Shown here piece by piece: positions 19,328 to 29,342 of a stretch of 51,882 bases of DNA; position 1 is the stretch's first letter; the number at the start of each line of letters is the position of its first letter. Both the position numbers and the translations under genes were made by a program. The notes under the pieces are model-generated. The model saw only the letters and a list, made by a program, of their open reading frames with translations. It made no database searches and was not told where the DNA came from. Origin of the DNA: Nanobdellota archaeon (GTDB taxonomy: Archaea > Nanobdellota > Nanobdellia > SCGC-AAA011-G17 > UBA489); assembly GCA_030699455.1 (NCBI GenBank), contig JAUYMN010000017.1, forward strand, positions 1-51,882. The letters run 5' to 3'.

Positions 19328-20146
19328 ATGATTGTAAAAGAAGATTTTTTGAATAAGATAAGGGGATTGTTTGGTCTCAATTTATATGAAGCAAGAATAT
19401 GGACTGCTTTGCTTTCGAGGGGTGTTTCTACTGCTGGTGAACTTTCTGATATAGGTGATGTTCCAAGGTCAAGGGCTTATGATGTTTTAGAATCCTTAGA
19501 GAAAAAAGGTTTTATTGTTATGAAGTTAGGAAAGCCAATAAAATATTTGGCTATCGAACCCGGACAGGTTGTTGATAAAGTTAAGAGATATGTCGGCAAT
19601 GAAACTAATGAAAGAATAAAAAGGCTTGATGAATTAAAAGGTGGTGATGTTCTTAATGAATTAGGTGCACTCCATAATCAAGGCGTGGACTTTATTGAAC
19701 CTGCTGATCTCGCCGGTGCTATACGTGGCAGACATAATATTTACACACATTTGGAGGCCATGGTCAAGGGTGCTCAGAAATCCATTGTTATCATGACTAC
19801 TTCGAAAGGCTTAATGAGAAAGATAGAAGCATTGAGACCTGAATTGAACAGACTTAAGAAAAAAGGAGTAAATATCAGGATTGCTGCGCCTCTTAGCAAA
19901 GATGCTGAAGGAGCCATAAAGAGTGTGTCTACTGTTGCTGAAATAAAGCATGCAACCCATGTCAATGCAAGATTTTGTATTGTTGATGAGAAAGATTTGA
20001 TGTTCATGGTATTAAATGATGAGGATGTACATCCAACGTATGATGTTGGCGTCTGGGTGCAAACCCCTTATTTTGCATCCGCCATGCAGAAAATGTTTGA
20101 TGCTAACTGGAACCAGATGAAACCTTCAAATACTGTTTTTAAGTGA
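19328..20146 (+). CDS. TrmB-family regulator (conserved core type)
   Basis: FGLNLYEARIWTALLSRGVSTAGELSDIGDVPRSRAYDVLESLEKKGF..GKPIKY. Confidence 0.92.
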   Translation: MIVKEDFLNKIRGLFGLNLYEARIWTALLSRGVSTAGELSDIGDVPRSRAYDVLESLEKKGFIVMKLGKPIKYLAIEPGQVVDKVKRYVGNETNERIKRLDELKGGDVLNELGALHNQGVDFIEPADLAGAIRGRHNIYTHLEAMVKGAQKSIVIMTTSKGLMRKIEALRPELNRLKKKGVNIRIAAPLSKDAEGAIKSVSTVAEIKHATHVNARFCIVDEKDLMFMVLNDEDVHPTYDVGVWVQTPYFASAMQKMFDANWNQMKPSNTVFK

Positions 20147-20185
20147 TTAGAAAGTTATTTAAGAATCCATTTGAGATTATTGATC

Positions 20186-21856
20186 ATGGATTTTAAAGAT
20201 AAGATTGCAATTGCGATTTCTAAGAAATTAAGAGTTGGAAAAAAAGAAATTTTTGACGTCATTGAGGTTCCCCCTGATGATAAACTGGGTGATTTTTCCT
20301 TTCCATGTTTTAAGTTTGCTGGAAAAAATAAACCTGCCGAAATTGCAAATGATTTGTCAAAAAAAATTAAAATCAGTTTCATTGATAAAATTGAGGTTAA
20401 GGGCCCATATTTGAATTTTTTTGTCAATAAGAAAAATCTTGCTGAATCTGTTTTAAGTAGTGTGTTTAAAGAAAAAGAAAATTATGGACGCTTGAAGTTA
20501 AGCAATAAGAAAGTAATGGTGGAATTTTCTCAGGCCAATACGCATAAAGCGTTTCATGTCGGGCATATAAGAGGGACTTCTCTTGGTGAGAGTATTTCTA
20601 GAATATTAGACTTTTGTGGCAATGAAGTTGTCAGAGCAAACTATCAAGGTGATACCGGAATGCATGTTGCTAAATGGATATGGTGTTATCAGAAATACCA
20701 CTCAAAAGATAAGCTAGTTGAAGATGAAGCATGGATTGCGCATATATATGTTGATGCTGTAAAAAGATTGTCTGAAAATCCAGAGTTTCAAAAGGAAGTT
20801 GATGACATTAACAGGAAACTGGAATCCAAAGAAGACTTGAAACTTAATGCGCTGTGGAATAAAACAAGATTGTTGTCTCTTGGCGCTTTGAGCAAAATTT
20901 ACAAAGATTTAGATACAAAATTTGATGAGTATTTCTTTGAATCACATGTTGAAAAAAAAGGGAAGGAAATTTCCAAAAAGCTTGTTAAGAAAAAAATTGC
21001 TGAAATTTCCGATGAAGCGACAATCATGAGGCTGGAAGATTACAATTTAGGTGTATGGGTCTTGTTAAGAAGTGATGGTACTGTCTTGTACTCTGCAAAG
21101 GATCTTGCATTAGCTGAAGAGAAGTTCATGAAGCATAAGATTCAGAAAGCAGTATATGTTGTTGGAAAAGAGCAGGAGATGCATTTTCATCAGTTGTTTA
21201 AGACATTAGAAATTATGGAGTTTAAACAAGCAAAAAATTGTCAGTATGTGCCTGTCAGCGAAGTTAGGTTGCCACATGGAAAAATGTCCTCCAGGACCGG
21301 TGATAATGTATTGTATTCTGATTTCAAAAATGAATTAATCAAGGCTGCTAAAAAAGAAATATTGAAAAGGGAAAAATTAAATGATTCAGATCTTGAAAAG
21401 AGGGCTCTTGCAATTGCCGTTGCCTCCATGAAGTACAGCATGCTTAACCAAGGCAATAACAAAACAATAGTATTTGATAAGGACAATGCTATGAAATTTG
21501 AAGGAGATACCGGACCTTATTTACAGTACACTTATGCCCGTGCATGTTCAATACTTAGAAAGTCTAAGAAGAAAAAATCCTTATATGCTCATTCAATAAG
21601 TGATAAGGAAACATCTCTTTTGAAGAAGATTTATGATTTTCCCATGGTTGTCAAAAAATCTTTTACAGAGCTGGATCCCAGTCCAATTGCAAATTATAGC
21701 CATGGTCTTGCAAAGAGCTTCAACGAATTCTATAATTCTTGCAAGGTAATTGGAGATAAGGAAGAAGTTTTTAGACTTAGTTTAGTTGAAGCATTTAAGA
21801 TAACCTTGGGCAATGCATTATATTTGCTTGGTATAAAGGCGTTAAATAAGATGTGA
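20186..21856 (+). CDS. argS: arginine--tRNA ligase
   Basis: VEFSQANTHKAFHVGHIRG (HIGH), YQGDTG, KMSSRTG, FEGDTGPYLQYTYARACSIL. Confidence 0.96.
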   Translation: MDFKDKIAIAISKKLRVGKKEIFDVIEVPPDDKLGDFSFPCFKFAGKNKPAEIANDLSKKIKISFIDKIEVKGPYLNFFVNKKNLAESVLSSVFKEKENYGRLKLSNKKVMVEFSQANTHKAFHVGHIRGTSLGESISRILDFCGNEVVRANYQGDTGMHVAKWIWCYQKYHSKDKLVEDEAWIAHIYVDAVKRLSENPEFQKEVDDINRKLESKEDLKLNALWNKTRLLSLGALSKIYKDLDTKFDEYFFESHVEKKGKEISKKLVKKKIAEISDEATIMRLEDYNLGVWVLLRSDGTVLYSAKDLALAEEKFMKHKIQKAVYVVGKEQEMHFHQLFKTLEIMEFKQAKNCQYVPVSEVRLPHGKMSSRTGDNVLYSDFKNELIKAAKKEILKREKLNDSDLEKRALAIAVASMKYSMLNQGNNKTIVFDKDNAMKFEGDTGPYLQYTYARACSILRKSKKKKSLYAHSISDKETSLLKKIYDFPMVVKKSFTELDPSPIANYSHGLAKSFNEFYNSCKVIGDKEEVFRLSLVEAFKITLGNALYLLGIKALNKM

Positions 21857-22912
21857 TTATTGGTTTTCATATTTTACAAATTCTTTGTCAATAACCACCA
21901 ATTCAACACCTGCATCATTAAATATCTGCCTTGAGAGCTCAGCTTTGTGATACATTTTATCTGCGACCACCATTTTGATTCCTGAATTAACTATCATCTT
22001 GGCACAAACATGGCATGGTTCCATCTTGGTGTATATTGTTGCACCGTCTACCGAGATTCCATATCTTGCAGCCTGAACTATTGCATTTTGTTCGGCGTGC
22101 GTTGTCCGAATGCAATGCATGCTTTTATTACCATCCTTATCATAAACTTCACTCATAAGATGTCCGACCTCATCACAATGCGGGGCGCCAATCGGGCTTC
22201 CAACATAACCAGTTGAAATAATTCTTTTGTTTTTCACAATTACTGAACCACACTTCCCACGGTCACATGTTGCCCTCTTTGCCACTTCCCTCGTTATGTT
22301 GATAAAATAATCATCCCAGTCGAGCCTTTTTTCTTTTTTACCATTTAAACTATCTATGATGCTATGTTTAAGGTCATCAATACTTCCCTCGTTTAAAATT
22401 GTTAAATCTGCCATGGCAATTGGACCAGCCTTATTTATATTCTCTATTTCTGCTTTGTCTCTTGAGCTTGATTCCTGCCTATTTAGCGGTCTTATTTCCC
22501 TTTTTTCGAGGCGGGAATATCTTATACTTGGTGCTGATTGCACTGAAATAACAAAGAGCTCTGGAAATTTTTCTTTGAGAATTTTATATTCTTCCCAGCT
22601 GTAGAGACCATCAATTACTACCTTTTTACATTCTGAAATTAACTTTTCTATTTTGGGGATATTTAATACTGCATATGCTGCCATGCCATGTTCTTTCCTT
22701 AATGACTCCCTTGCCCATCTTTCGTTAACTTCATTTACTTCCTTGTTGTGCGCTTTTACATACTCATCAGTTACATCGCCAAACCTGATTTTATGAAAAT
22801 CTAAACCTTCTAGTATATGTGTTACCTCACTTTTTCCAGATCCAGTAAGCCCAACAATGGCAATTAATCTTGTTTCTTCTGTTTTAACCACCTTGTTTGT
22901 TAAAAACGTCAT
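21857..22912 (-). CDS. fusion of P-loop nucleotide/dephospho-CoA-kinase-like domain and dCMP deaminase
   Basis: GLTGSGKS, VVIDG; C-terminal WDDYF..RATCDR..TGYVG..HAEQNAI..PCHVC. Confidence 0.9.
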   Translation of the reverse strand: MTFLTNKVVKTEETRLIAIVGLTGSGKSEVTHILEGLDFHKIRFGDVTDEYVKAHNKEVNEVNERWARESLRKEHGMAAYAVLNIPKIEKLISECKKVVIDGLYSWEEYKILKEKFPELFVISVQSAPSIRYSRLEKREIRPLNRQESSSRDKAEIENINKAGPIAMADLTILNEGSIDDLKHSIIDSLNGKKEKRLDWDDYFINITREVAKRATCDRGKCGSVIVKNKRIISTGYVGSPIGAPHCDEVGHLMSEVYDKDGNKSMHCIRTTHAEQNAIVQAARYGISVDGATIYTKMEPCHVCAKMIVNSGIKMVVADKMYHKAELSRQIFNDAGVELVVIDKEFVKYENQ

Positions 22913-22947
22913 ATTAATAAGTATTATTGTGTTTTATCATCACACCG

Positions 22948-23640
22948 ATGGAAATACATCCAAAAATAGAGATTGTAGATTTAGCACTTAAATACAAAGA
23001 TATTCTCATATTGGGAGATTTGCAGCTTGGATATGAGGACTATTTAAATAAAAATGGCATTATGGTTCCAAGATTTCAGACAGAAGACACATTAAACAAA
23101 ATAAGGGGCATATTAGACAATGTTAATGTTAAAATTATTGTTTTTAACGGAGATGTGAAACACCAGTTTAGCGGGATTTCTCCGCAGGAATGGGATTCTG
23201 TTGAAATGCTGATTGAAGAATTAATTGAAAAATACAAAATTGTGATTGTTAAAGGAAACCATGACAATTTATTAGAGCCAATTCTTAAAAAGTATAAAGG
23301 CAAAATAGAGCTGGTTAATTCTTACAAGGTAGACAATATCACAATAGTGCATGGTGACAAAATAATTCCAAACCCTTCTGAAATAATCATAATTGGTCAT
23401 GAACATCCAGCAATTGGATTCAAAGAAAAACCGAATGAAAAATATAAGTGTTTTTTAAAAGGCAAATGGAACAAGCACATATTAATTGTCATGCCATCTT
23501 TTAATATGCTTACAATCGGAAGTGATGTGTCAAAAGAGAAAATTTTGAGTCCGTACCTAAAAACAAATTTAGAAGACTACAATGTCTATGTTGTTGAGGA
23601 CAAAACCTACTGTTTCGGCAAGCTGAAAAATATTTTATAA
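22948..23640 (+). CDS. metallophosphoesterase (SbcD/Mre11-related archaeal type)
   Basis: GDLQLGYE, NGDVKH, KGNHD, VHGD, IGHEHPA, MPSFN. Confidence 0.88.
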   Translation: MEIHPKIEIVDLALKYKDILILGDLQLGYEDYLNKNGIMVPRFQTEDTLNKIRGILDNVNVKIIVFNGDVKHQFSGISPQEWDSVEMLIEELIEKYKIVIVKGNHDNLLEPILKKYKGKIELVNSYKVDNITIVHGDKIIPNPSEIIIIGHEHPAIGFKEKPNEKYKCFLKGKWNKHILIVMPSFNMLTIGSDVSKEKILSPYLKTNLEDYNVYVVEDKTYCFGKLKNIL

Positions 23641-23644
23641 CAAA

Positions 23645-23669
23645 AAAGAAAGAGGTTTCCCTCTTCTTT
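23645..23669. terminator. hairpin between convergent genes
   Basis: AAAGAAAGAGG-TTTC-CCTCTTCTTT, flanked by A/T runs. Confidence 0.5.
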
Positions 23670-23675
23670 ATATTA

Positions 23676-23831
23676 TTATTTAACAACCATACTTAATCCT
23701 GCCATCAGCAGAATAAAGTGCCATACATCAATATTCCATAGTCCAGGTCCAAAACCAAGGTCTCCTGCCACATATAGAATTGCTGCAATTAATACAACCC
23801 ATCTTATCCATGAAGGACAGTCATATTTCAT
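23676..23831 (-). CDS. 51-aa two-TM small membrane protein missing from ORF track
   Basis: MKYDCPSWIRWVVLIAAILYVAGDLGFGPGLWNIDVWHFILLMAGLSMVVK*; strong GGAGGTG SD 7 nt before ATG. Confidence 0.8.
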   Translation of the reverse strand: MKYDCPSWIRWVVLIAAILYVAGDLGFGPGLWNIDVWHFILLMAGLSMVVK

Positions 23832-23957
23832 ATTAAAGCACCTCCCTAATTTAATTTTTTAAAGACTTTCTAGATTATATTGTTTTCTATTCTATCTTTT
23901 TCAGATTTTATCATTGTTAAGTAAAGCTTTTATAGATTTGAATGTTTTTTAAATGAT

Positions 23958-24386
23958 ATGCATGGAAAAAGAGGGCAGGCTGGCATAGAGTATGTGATAC
24001 TTACTGGATTGCTGTTATTTTTCTTTATACCACTAATACACTACTCGCTACAAGAATCAAATAATGCGATAAAAAACAGCCAGCTTGATAGTTATGTCAA
24101 TCGACTGGCCAAATCTATTGATGCTGTGCATTCTATCGGTCCTGGTTCCAGCGAGATTGTTATTATCACTGTTCCAAAAGGAGTAACTGAATCATCTTTT
24201 AGTGATTGCTCTTTTGAAGGTATTAATGAATTTGTTCTAAAGGTGGGAATGTATGGTGGAATATCTGATGTGCATGCTTCTGTAAAACCCTGCCTTTATG
24301 GGGAACTTCCAATAACACATGGAACATATCACCTTAAGGTTCTGAGTATAAACGAAACTGCAATAAATATAAGCTGGGGAAGCTAA
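23958..24386 (+). CDS. class III signal peptide pilin-like protein
   Basis: KRG^QAGIEY followed by hydrophobic helix. Confidence 0.85.
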   Translation: MHGKRGQAGIEYVILTGLLLFFFIPLIHYSLQESNNAIKNSQLDSYVNRLAKSIDAVHSIGPGSSEIVIITVPKGVTESSFSDCSFEGINEFVLKVGMYGGISDVHASVKPCLYGELPITHGTYHLKVLSINETAINISWGS

Positions 24387-24806
24387 ATGGAACATATGAA
24401 AAAAAGAGGTCAGATAAGCATTGAAATCATGTATTCTGTAGGTGTTTTATTGGTTATATTTATATTAACAAGTTCGTTAGCTTTTAATAGGAAATTAGAT
24501 ATTGAAAGAGCAGGAGATACTGTGAGCAAAAGAAGTGATTGTGCCATGATATCAAATGCTATAAACAGGGTTGTTACTTTAGGTGAAGGACATAAGTCAA
24601 CATTTAAAACAGTATATAACTTTGATGTGTATGATATTGGGCTGATTATAGTGGGTGATGAACCTGGAACTTCTCCAGGAGAGTTGGAAGTTATCTGCAC
24701 TTACAATGGAAAACTGAATCAATCAAATTATACTGATGGTCAGGGAATATGGCAGGTTAGTGTTTCAAATTATACTGAAATCGTCATGGATCAATTGAGT
24801 ATTTAA
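24387..24806 (+). CDS. class III signal peptide pilin-like protein
   Basis: KKRG^QISIEI followed by hydrophobic helix. Confidence 0.85.
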   Translation: MEHMKKRGQISIEIMYSVGVLLVIFILTSSLAFNRKLDIERAGDTVSKRSDCAMISNAINRVVTLGEGHKSTFKTVYNFDVYDIGLIIVGDEPGTSPGELEVICTYNGKLNQSNYTDGQGIWQVSVSNYTEIVMDQLSI

Positions 24807-24807
24807 A

Positions 24808-25458
24808 ATGGTGAAAAAAAGAGGTCAGAGTGGGATGGAGGTGATGCTTATAATCGCCCTGATTTTAATTATTAGTCTGCCTTTTTTGGGTGGTTTTCTT
24901 GCAAACCTAAATTCAAGAATGAATTTGGAGGATAGGATTCAAGTTGCTGTTGAAGTTGCAGACCTTATTGAAACTACTGCAAATTTAGGATATGGAAATT
25001 ATGTAAGGTATAATACTGATTATCGCATGGAAATAAGAGATAATGAGCTGTTTGTTATTGGTAAAAATGGTGAGGACGATGTTTCTGTCATTATCACTCC
25101 CACAGTACCTAATGGTGTTTTGGAAGATGGGGCGATTCAAATTATTAATGGACAAAATCGGGGGATAACTATTGAAAATGGCGAAGAAATAGATTATCTT
25201 GATCCGGCAAAAGTCTCATATGATGATCTTGAGGATGGAATTGAAATAATTATTAATGGGGATTATTTTACTAATGAATCAAGAGTTAATTTCAATCAAG
25301 AAGAAGTCTCACCTACTAGTAAATCATTTTTCAACAAAAATAAAATATCATTTAAAGCAAAGACATCAATACGTCCATGCGGTTGTGAAGTTTACCTTGT
25401 AAGGGAAATTGATGGGGTTGATTCTTATTCAAACGTAGTTAAGCTTGAAGTAGACTGA
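24808..25458 (+). CDS. class III signal peptide pilin-like protein with possible C-terminal Ig/IPT-like domain
   Basis: KKRG^QSGMEV; IDYLDP..IIINGDYF..SNVVKLEV. Confidence 0.82.
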   Translation: MVKKRGQSGMEVMLIIALILIISLPFLGGFLANLNSRMNLEDRIQVAVEVADLIETTANLGYGNYVRYNTDYRMEIRDNELFVIGKNGEDDVSVIITPTVPNGVLEDGAIQIINGQNRGITIENGEEIDYLDPAKVSYDDLEDGIEIIINGDYFTNESRVNFNQEEVSPTSKSFFNKNKISFKAKTSIRPCGCEVYLVREIDGVDSYSNVVKLEVD

Positions 25459-25459
25459 T

Positions 25460-26017
25460 ATGAAAAATTATACCATGAGATTGAGGAATGTTAACGTGGG
25501 AAGAAAGGGGCAGGCTGCAGTAACCGACCTTTTTGTAGCTATTGGGGTATTCATTGTTTTAATAACTATAACCTCGGTCATGTGGAATTTATACAATATA
25601 AGACTGCAAAATAGAATTATTTATGATGACCTTGTTGTAAAAAGCTTCCAGATAAATGACCTTTTATTGAAGACGCCTGGATTTCCTGACAACTGGGATT
25701 ATTTGTTTTTGAGTGATAGAATCTTGACAGAGGAGATATATTACATTGGATTGGTTGAAGGTGAATTAAATATACCCTTCAATAAAACTTTAGCTTTAAG
25801 TAAAATGGGAGAAGAAAATATAACAAGTGTTTTTCATGCAGGACAGTATAGGATGGGCATCAGAATAAGGGATGCCGATGGCGAGGATTTGTACAGTGTT
25901 GGAAAGGTTAGTGGAAGTTCAAAATATTCTGTTAATTTGGGAAGAAATGTGATGTACCAAAATGTGCCTGACGGTTCATTCACTCCTTCTTCAATTGAGG
26001 TGATATTGAGCAGATGA
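25460..26017 (+). CDS. minor pilin-like protein
   Basis: RKG^QAAVTDLF followed by hydrophobic helix; LLKTPGFPDNW. Confidence 0.82.
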   Translation: MKNYTMRLRNVNVGRKGQAAVTDLFVAIGVFIVLITITSVMWNLYNIRLQNRIIYDDLVVKSFQINDLLLKTPGFPDNWDYLFLSDRILTEEIYYIGLVEGELNIPFNKTLALSKMGEENITSVFHAGQYRMGIRIRDADGEDLYSVGKVSGSSKYSVNLGRNVMYQNVPDGSFTPSSIEVILSR

Positions 26018-26808
26018 GAAAAAAAGGTGTTATCTTTGCGTTGGACGGTGCTATTGCTGTGACAATTGTGCTAATTATGCTAATTAATACTACCTATTAT
26101 TTTGCCACAACCTCTAAAGAATCTGTATCCCAAACACAGGTAATCAAGAGAGGTTATGATGTTCTTGCAATGTTTGATGAACTAGGGCAGCTTGATAGAG
26201 GTCTTAGGGATCTTCCTCCAGGTGCAGATAGCATAAGTGAAACTTTTATTGATGAATATGATGGGACTCTGCTGAATGTTTCTAATTTTCTGCCTTCTGG
26301 ATATAATATGATGCTGATCCTGGATGACGCTAATAAGACTGAATGTATAGGAGATTGTATTCTTATTAACGGAGGTTCGGTTGATATAGAAACTTTAGAT
26401 CTTGCTGAAGCAGGGAACTTTGTAATTCAGGTTAATGCTGTAATTACATCTGCCCCTGCGATTGATTCTGATTCCGGATTGAGCGTTATTTTTGAAGAAG
26501 TCACATACCCACTTGTTCAGCGCAGTGAAAAATGTGTAATGGATGTTGACTGCACCTATTCAACTCTGGATCTTGTTGCATTAATTGCAGGTGAAAATAC
26601 AATTACCATCAGTTCTGACATACAAGATAATATTGAAATAAACTGGATAAAAGTTCTTGATAATTCTGCATATTCATTGTCAACTGAAAGAGAAATTCCT
26701 GACAATAGGTTTGTTGGGACTGGCGAGAGATGGTATGCTGGGTTTGATAATAGTTTTGGACATTTTGAGGGATTTCATAGGGCGAGGTTCAAAATATGGA
26801 TAGTTTAA
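26014..26808 (+). CDS. minor pilin-like protein
   Basis: RKKG^VIFALDG followed by hydrophobic helix; ATGA coupling to upstream gene. Confidence 0.8.
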   Translation: MRKKGVIFALDGAIAVTIVLIMLINTTYYFATTSKESVSQTQVIKRGYDVLAMFDELGQLDRGLRDLPPGADSISETFIDEYDGTLLNVSNFLPSGYNMMLILDDANKTECIGDCILINGGSVDIETLDLAEAGNFVIQVNAVITSAPAIDSDSGLSVIFEEVTYPLVQRSEKCVMDVDCTYSTLDLVALIAGENTITISSDIQDNIEINWIKVLDNSAYSLSTEREIPDNRFVGTGERWYAGFDNSFGHFEGFHRARFKIWIV

Positions 26809-28109
26809 AGTGCAGGAAGGGTATATTGATTACGCTTGGAATGGTTTTTATTAGCTTGACTATACTATCATTTGCCAATGTTATCCTTAAAAATTCTGAA
26901 AACTCTGAGAGCAGGATTAAGGAATTTGCAGAAACTGAAAGAGTCTACAATCTTAGAAGTTCAATATCCAAAAGTATGGAAAGAATGAAAGACGAGATAA
27001 TGGCTGGCTATCTGGATATAAGCTACAAGAATGGCATTGTTGAATTTAAGACTAAATTTACCGGAAAACCTGTGAGGCCAGAAGTTGAAATAATACAGCA
27101 AATGGAGATATTCAATAAAAGGCTTAGAGAGAGATATTATGTGGATTTTGAGAATGATAAGTTTCCTATGGTAGATGATAAGGGGGTTTTGATTGAGTAT
27201 GAGCATATAAACAGCTTACCTGATGAGGATGGGGATGGACTGGGAGATATTGATCTTATTAACCAGATAAATATTACTAAGTTCTATCTAAAAGAAAATA
27301 ATTCCATGTACGTTGGATATTCTTCATGGCCATATAATGTGATTTATCTCAATGGATTTAATAATGTTAACATCAGGGAAATTAATTTTACATATAAGAG
27401 TGAGACAAACTATCCCCACGTTCCATTACTTAAAAATGATACTACTGGGGCATATGCAGTCATTCCGGCAGTGTGTAACCCCAATCAATGTATAACTTTT
27501 ACATTTAACAATTATCACCAAGGTGTTAAAATTTACCAGGAATCATTTTATGTTAAAGCATCTTCTTTAAATTTTCCTGCGTTTCCAAGCCTGTTTGGTA
27601 CTTCAAATTACCCATCCCCAAACGCAAACGTTGTTGTTGGAAGTGCATCAGATGGTTATGGATATCATCCCCTTTTTCAGTTAAATATCTCTAAATCTAT
27701 TCCTGATGATAGCAAAAATCGTACAATTATTTTTAACTGGGTTCATACTTCTGCAATTGATTATATATTTGGAACTCCAACAGACCGATCTACCTCTGGA
27801 ATGATGATTTTATTCCCCGAGCTAAAATCGACTCCCTGTGTAATTAATGGACTTGATAATACTGATGAGATATTTGATTGGCTGTTCTATGGTCTGGTTC
27901 AAAGAACCACCACTTCTGGGTGTGGGCGATATGGCAACTTCCCACCACTAGACCCAGAAGATGTGATTAATATAGAAATACAAATAATCATGAAAGATGA
28001 CTTTGCAACACATTATGGCGGATTAGAAAGCGCGAAAAGCTATAGCCTTAACCTGCCTTTTATTGAAACTGGTGGAAAGAATATTACCATAGAATACAGC
28101 GGTCAGTAA
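26796..28109 (+). CDS. large pilin-like/adhesin protein
   Basis: RKG^ILITLGMVFISLTILSF; long N/S/Y-rich body with DEDGDGLGD possible Ca-binding loop. Confidence 0.75.
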   Translation: MDSLKCRKGILITLGMVFISLTILSFANVILKNSENSESRIKEFAETERVYNLRSSISKSMERMKDEIMAGYLDISYKNGIVEFKTKFTGKPVRPEVEIIQQMEIFNKRLRERYYVDFENDKFPMVDDKGVLIEYEHINSLPDEDGDGLGDIDLINQINITKFYLKENNSMYVGYSSWPYNVIYLNGFNNVNIREINFTYKSETNYPHVPLLKNDTTGAYAVIPAVCNPNQCITFTFNNYHQGVKIYQESFYVKASSLNFPAFPSLFGTSNYPSPNANVVVGSASDGYGYHPLFQLNISKSIPDDSKNRTIIFNWVHTSAIDYIFGTPTDRSTSGMMILFPELKSTPCVINGLDNTDEIFDWLFYGLVQRTTTSGCGRYGNFPPLDPEDVINIEIQIIMKDDFATHYGGLESAKSYSLNLPFIETGGKNITIEYSGQ

Positions 28110-28154
28110 TGGAGCAAACAGTTTATAAAGAATTTTAGTATTGGAGAATATAGA

Positions 28155-29342
28155 ATGAAGAGGTTGTTTCAGGTTCTATTGGTGATAGGTATCATTATTA
28201 CAGCATTTTCTGTTTATCTGCTCAATATTAATGGGATTTATGCCATATTTGCCGCAGTTTTTGGCGTGATGATAGTGAGCTTCTCTGTTTTTGAGCTTAT
28301 CAGCCTGAAAAAGATGGGCAAAAAAAATAGTGCAAGACCAATAAATTCCAAGGTCACAGCAAAAGAAGATAAGGACAATATAGACTGGACATATTATGAT
28401 GAATCACCGAAGACAAAACCAACGCCTGTGCAGGAAGATTATGCAGGAAATGAAAAAGGCGCTGGAAAAAATGAAATCAAGTTTACTCTCTTTAGTAAAT
28501 TTTTATCGGCCTTGGGAATAAGAAAGCATCCAAAAGTTAATGGCAAAAAAGTTGAAGAAGAAACTAAAGAAGAAATAAAAAAAGTTTCTGGTGAGAAGAT
28601 TGAAGAAGGAAATGTCATAGCGGCAAAAAATGAAGAAAAACCTGCCGAAATAAAAAAAGCTGACACTGAAGAAGAAAAAATAAATAAACTGAGGGCATAT
28701 GTCTCTGGAGCATTAAAAAATAATGTTTCAAAGGAAAAGATAATTGAATCATGCAATGAATCGGGATGGCCAAAGGAAAAGGTTGATATTGTTTTGAATG
28801 AATTTTTTAAACCAAAGAAAAAAAATGAATTTGTTGGTCTTTATTTATTGATGATAACAACTATAGTCCTTCTTTTATCATTGATATTTACTGAAAATTT
28901 GCTGATTGGTGAATGGCTGATAATTCTCAGAGGATTCTCAATGTGGTTATTCTATGCGCTTGTCTTTATCATTGTGACTTTCATTGGATTCATAATTGTA
29001 GGGCTTAAGGAGAAGTTAATAAAAAAGAAAAAGGTTCATGAAATTAAAGTTAGTCAGGGTGTTTCCGCCATAAAGGGTGAGCTTGCAAAAAAAGAAGCGA
29101 ACAGCACCATAGATACCAGCAACAAAAAATATGAAACTGATATTGACAAGCTGCTTGCACTGGTAATTGAAAAGGGAAAACTTGGCGTTGATGAAGTAGC
29201 TGGCGTTTTTGGGATAAGCAAGTCAGAAGCAGAAGAGTGGGGAAAGATATTAAAAGATGAGGGACTGATAACTCTCTATTACCCCACTGTCGGGGAGGTG
29301 GAATTACGGTGGAAAAAGAAGGTGAGCGAGGAAGAGGAGTAA
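28155..29342 (+). CDS. multi-pass membrane protein of the pilus locus with C-terminal wHTH-like domain
   Basis: Four TM segments; YETDIDKLL..VDEVAGVFGISKSEAEEWGKIL..GLI. Confidence 0.75.
   Translation: MKRLFQVLLVIGIIITAFSVYLLNINGIYAIFAAVFGVMIVSFSVFELISLKKMGKKNSARPINSKVTAKEDKDNIDWTYYDESPKTKPTPVQEDYAGNEKGAGKNEIKFTLFSKFLSALGIRKHPKVNGKKVEEETKEEIKKVSGEKIEEGNVIAAKNEEKPAEIKKADTEEEKINKLRAYVSGALKNNVSKEKIIESCNESGWPKEKVDIVLNEFFKPKKKNEFVGLYLLMITTIVLLLSLIFTENLLIGEWLIILRGFSMWLFYALVFIIVTFIGFIIVGLKEKLIKKKKVHEIKVSQGVSAIKGELAKKEANSTIDTSNKKYETDIDKLLALVIEKGKLGVDEVAGVFGISKSEAEEWGKILKDEGLITLYYPTVGEVELRWKKKVSEEEE

Noticed and set aside
23958-28109. Archaellum operon or additional DGR targets among pilins
   Set aside because: No archaellin or FlaF/G-like motifs recognised, and by eye I found no second copy of the TR sequence in the window; a computational search would be needed to be sure.
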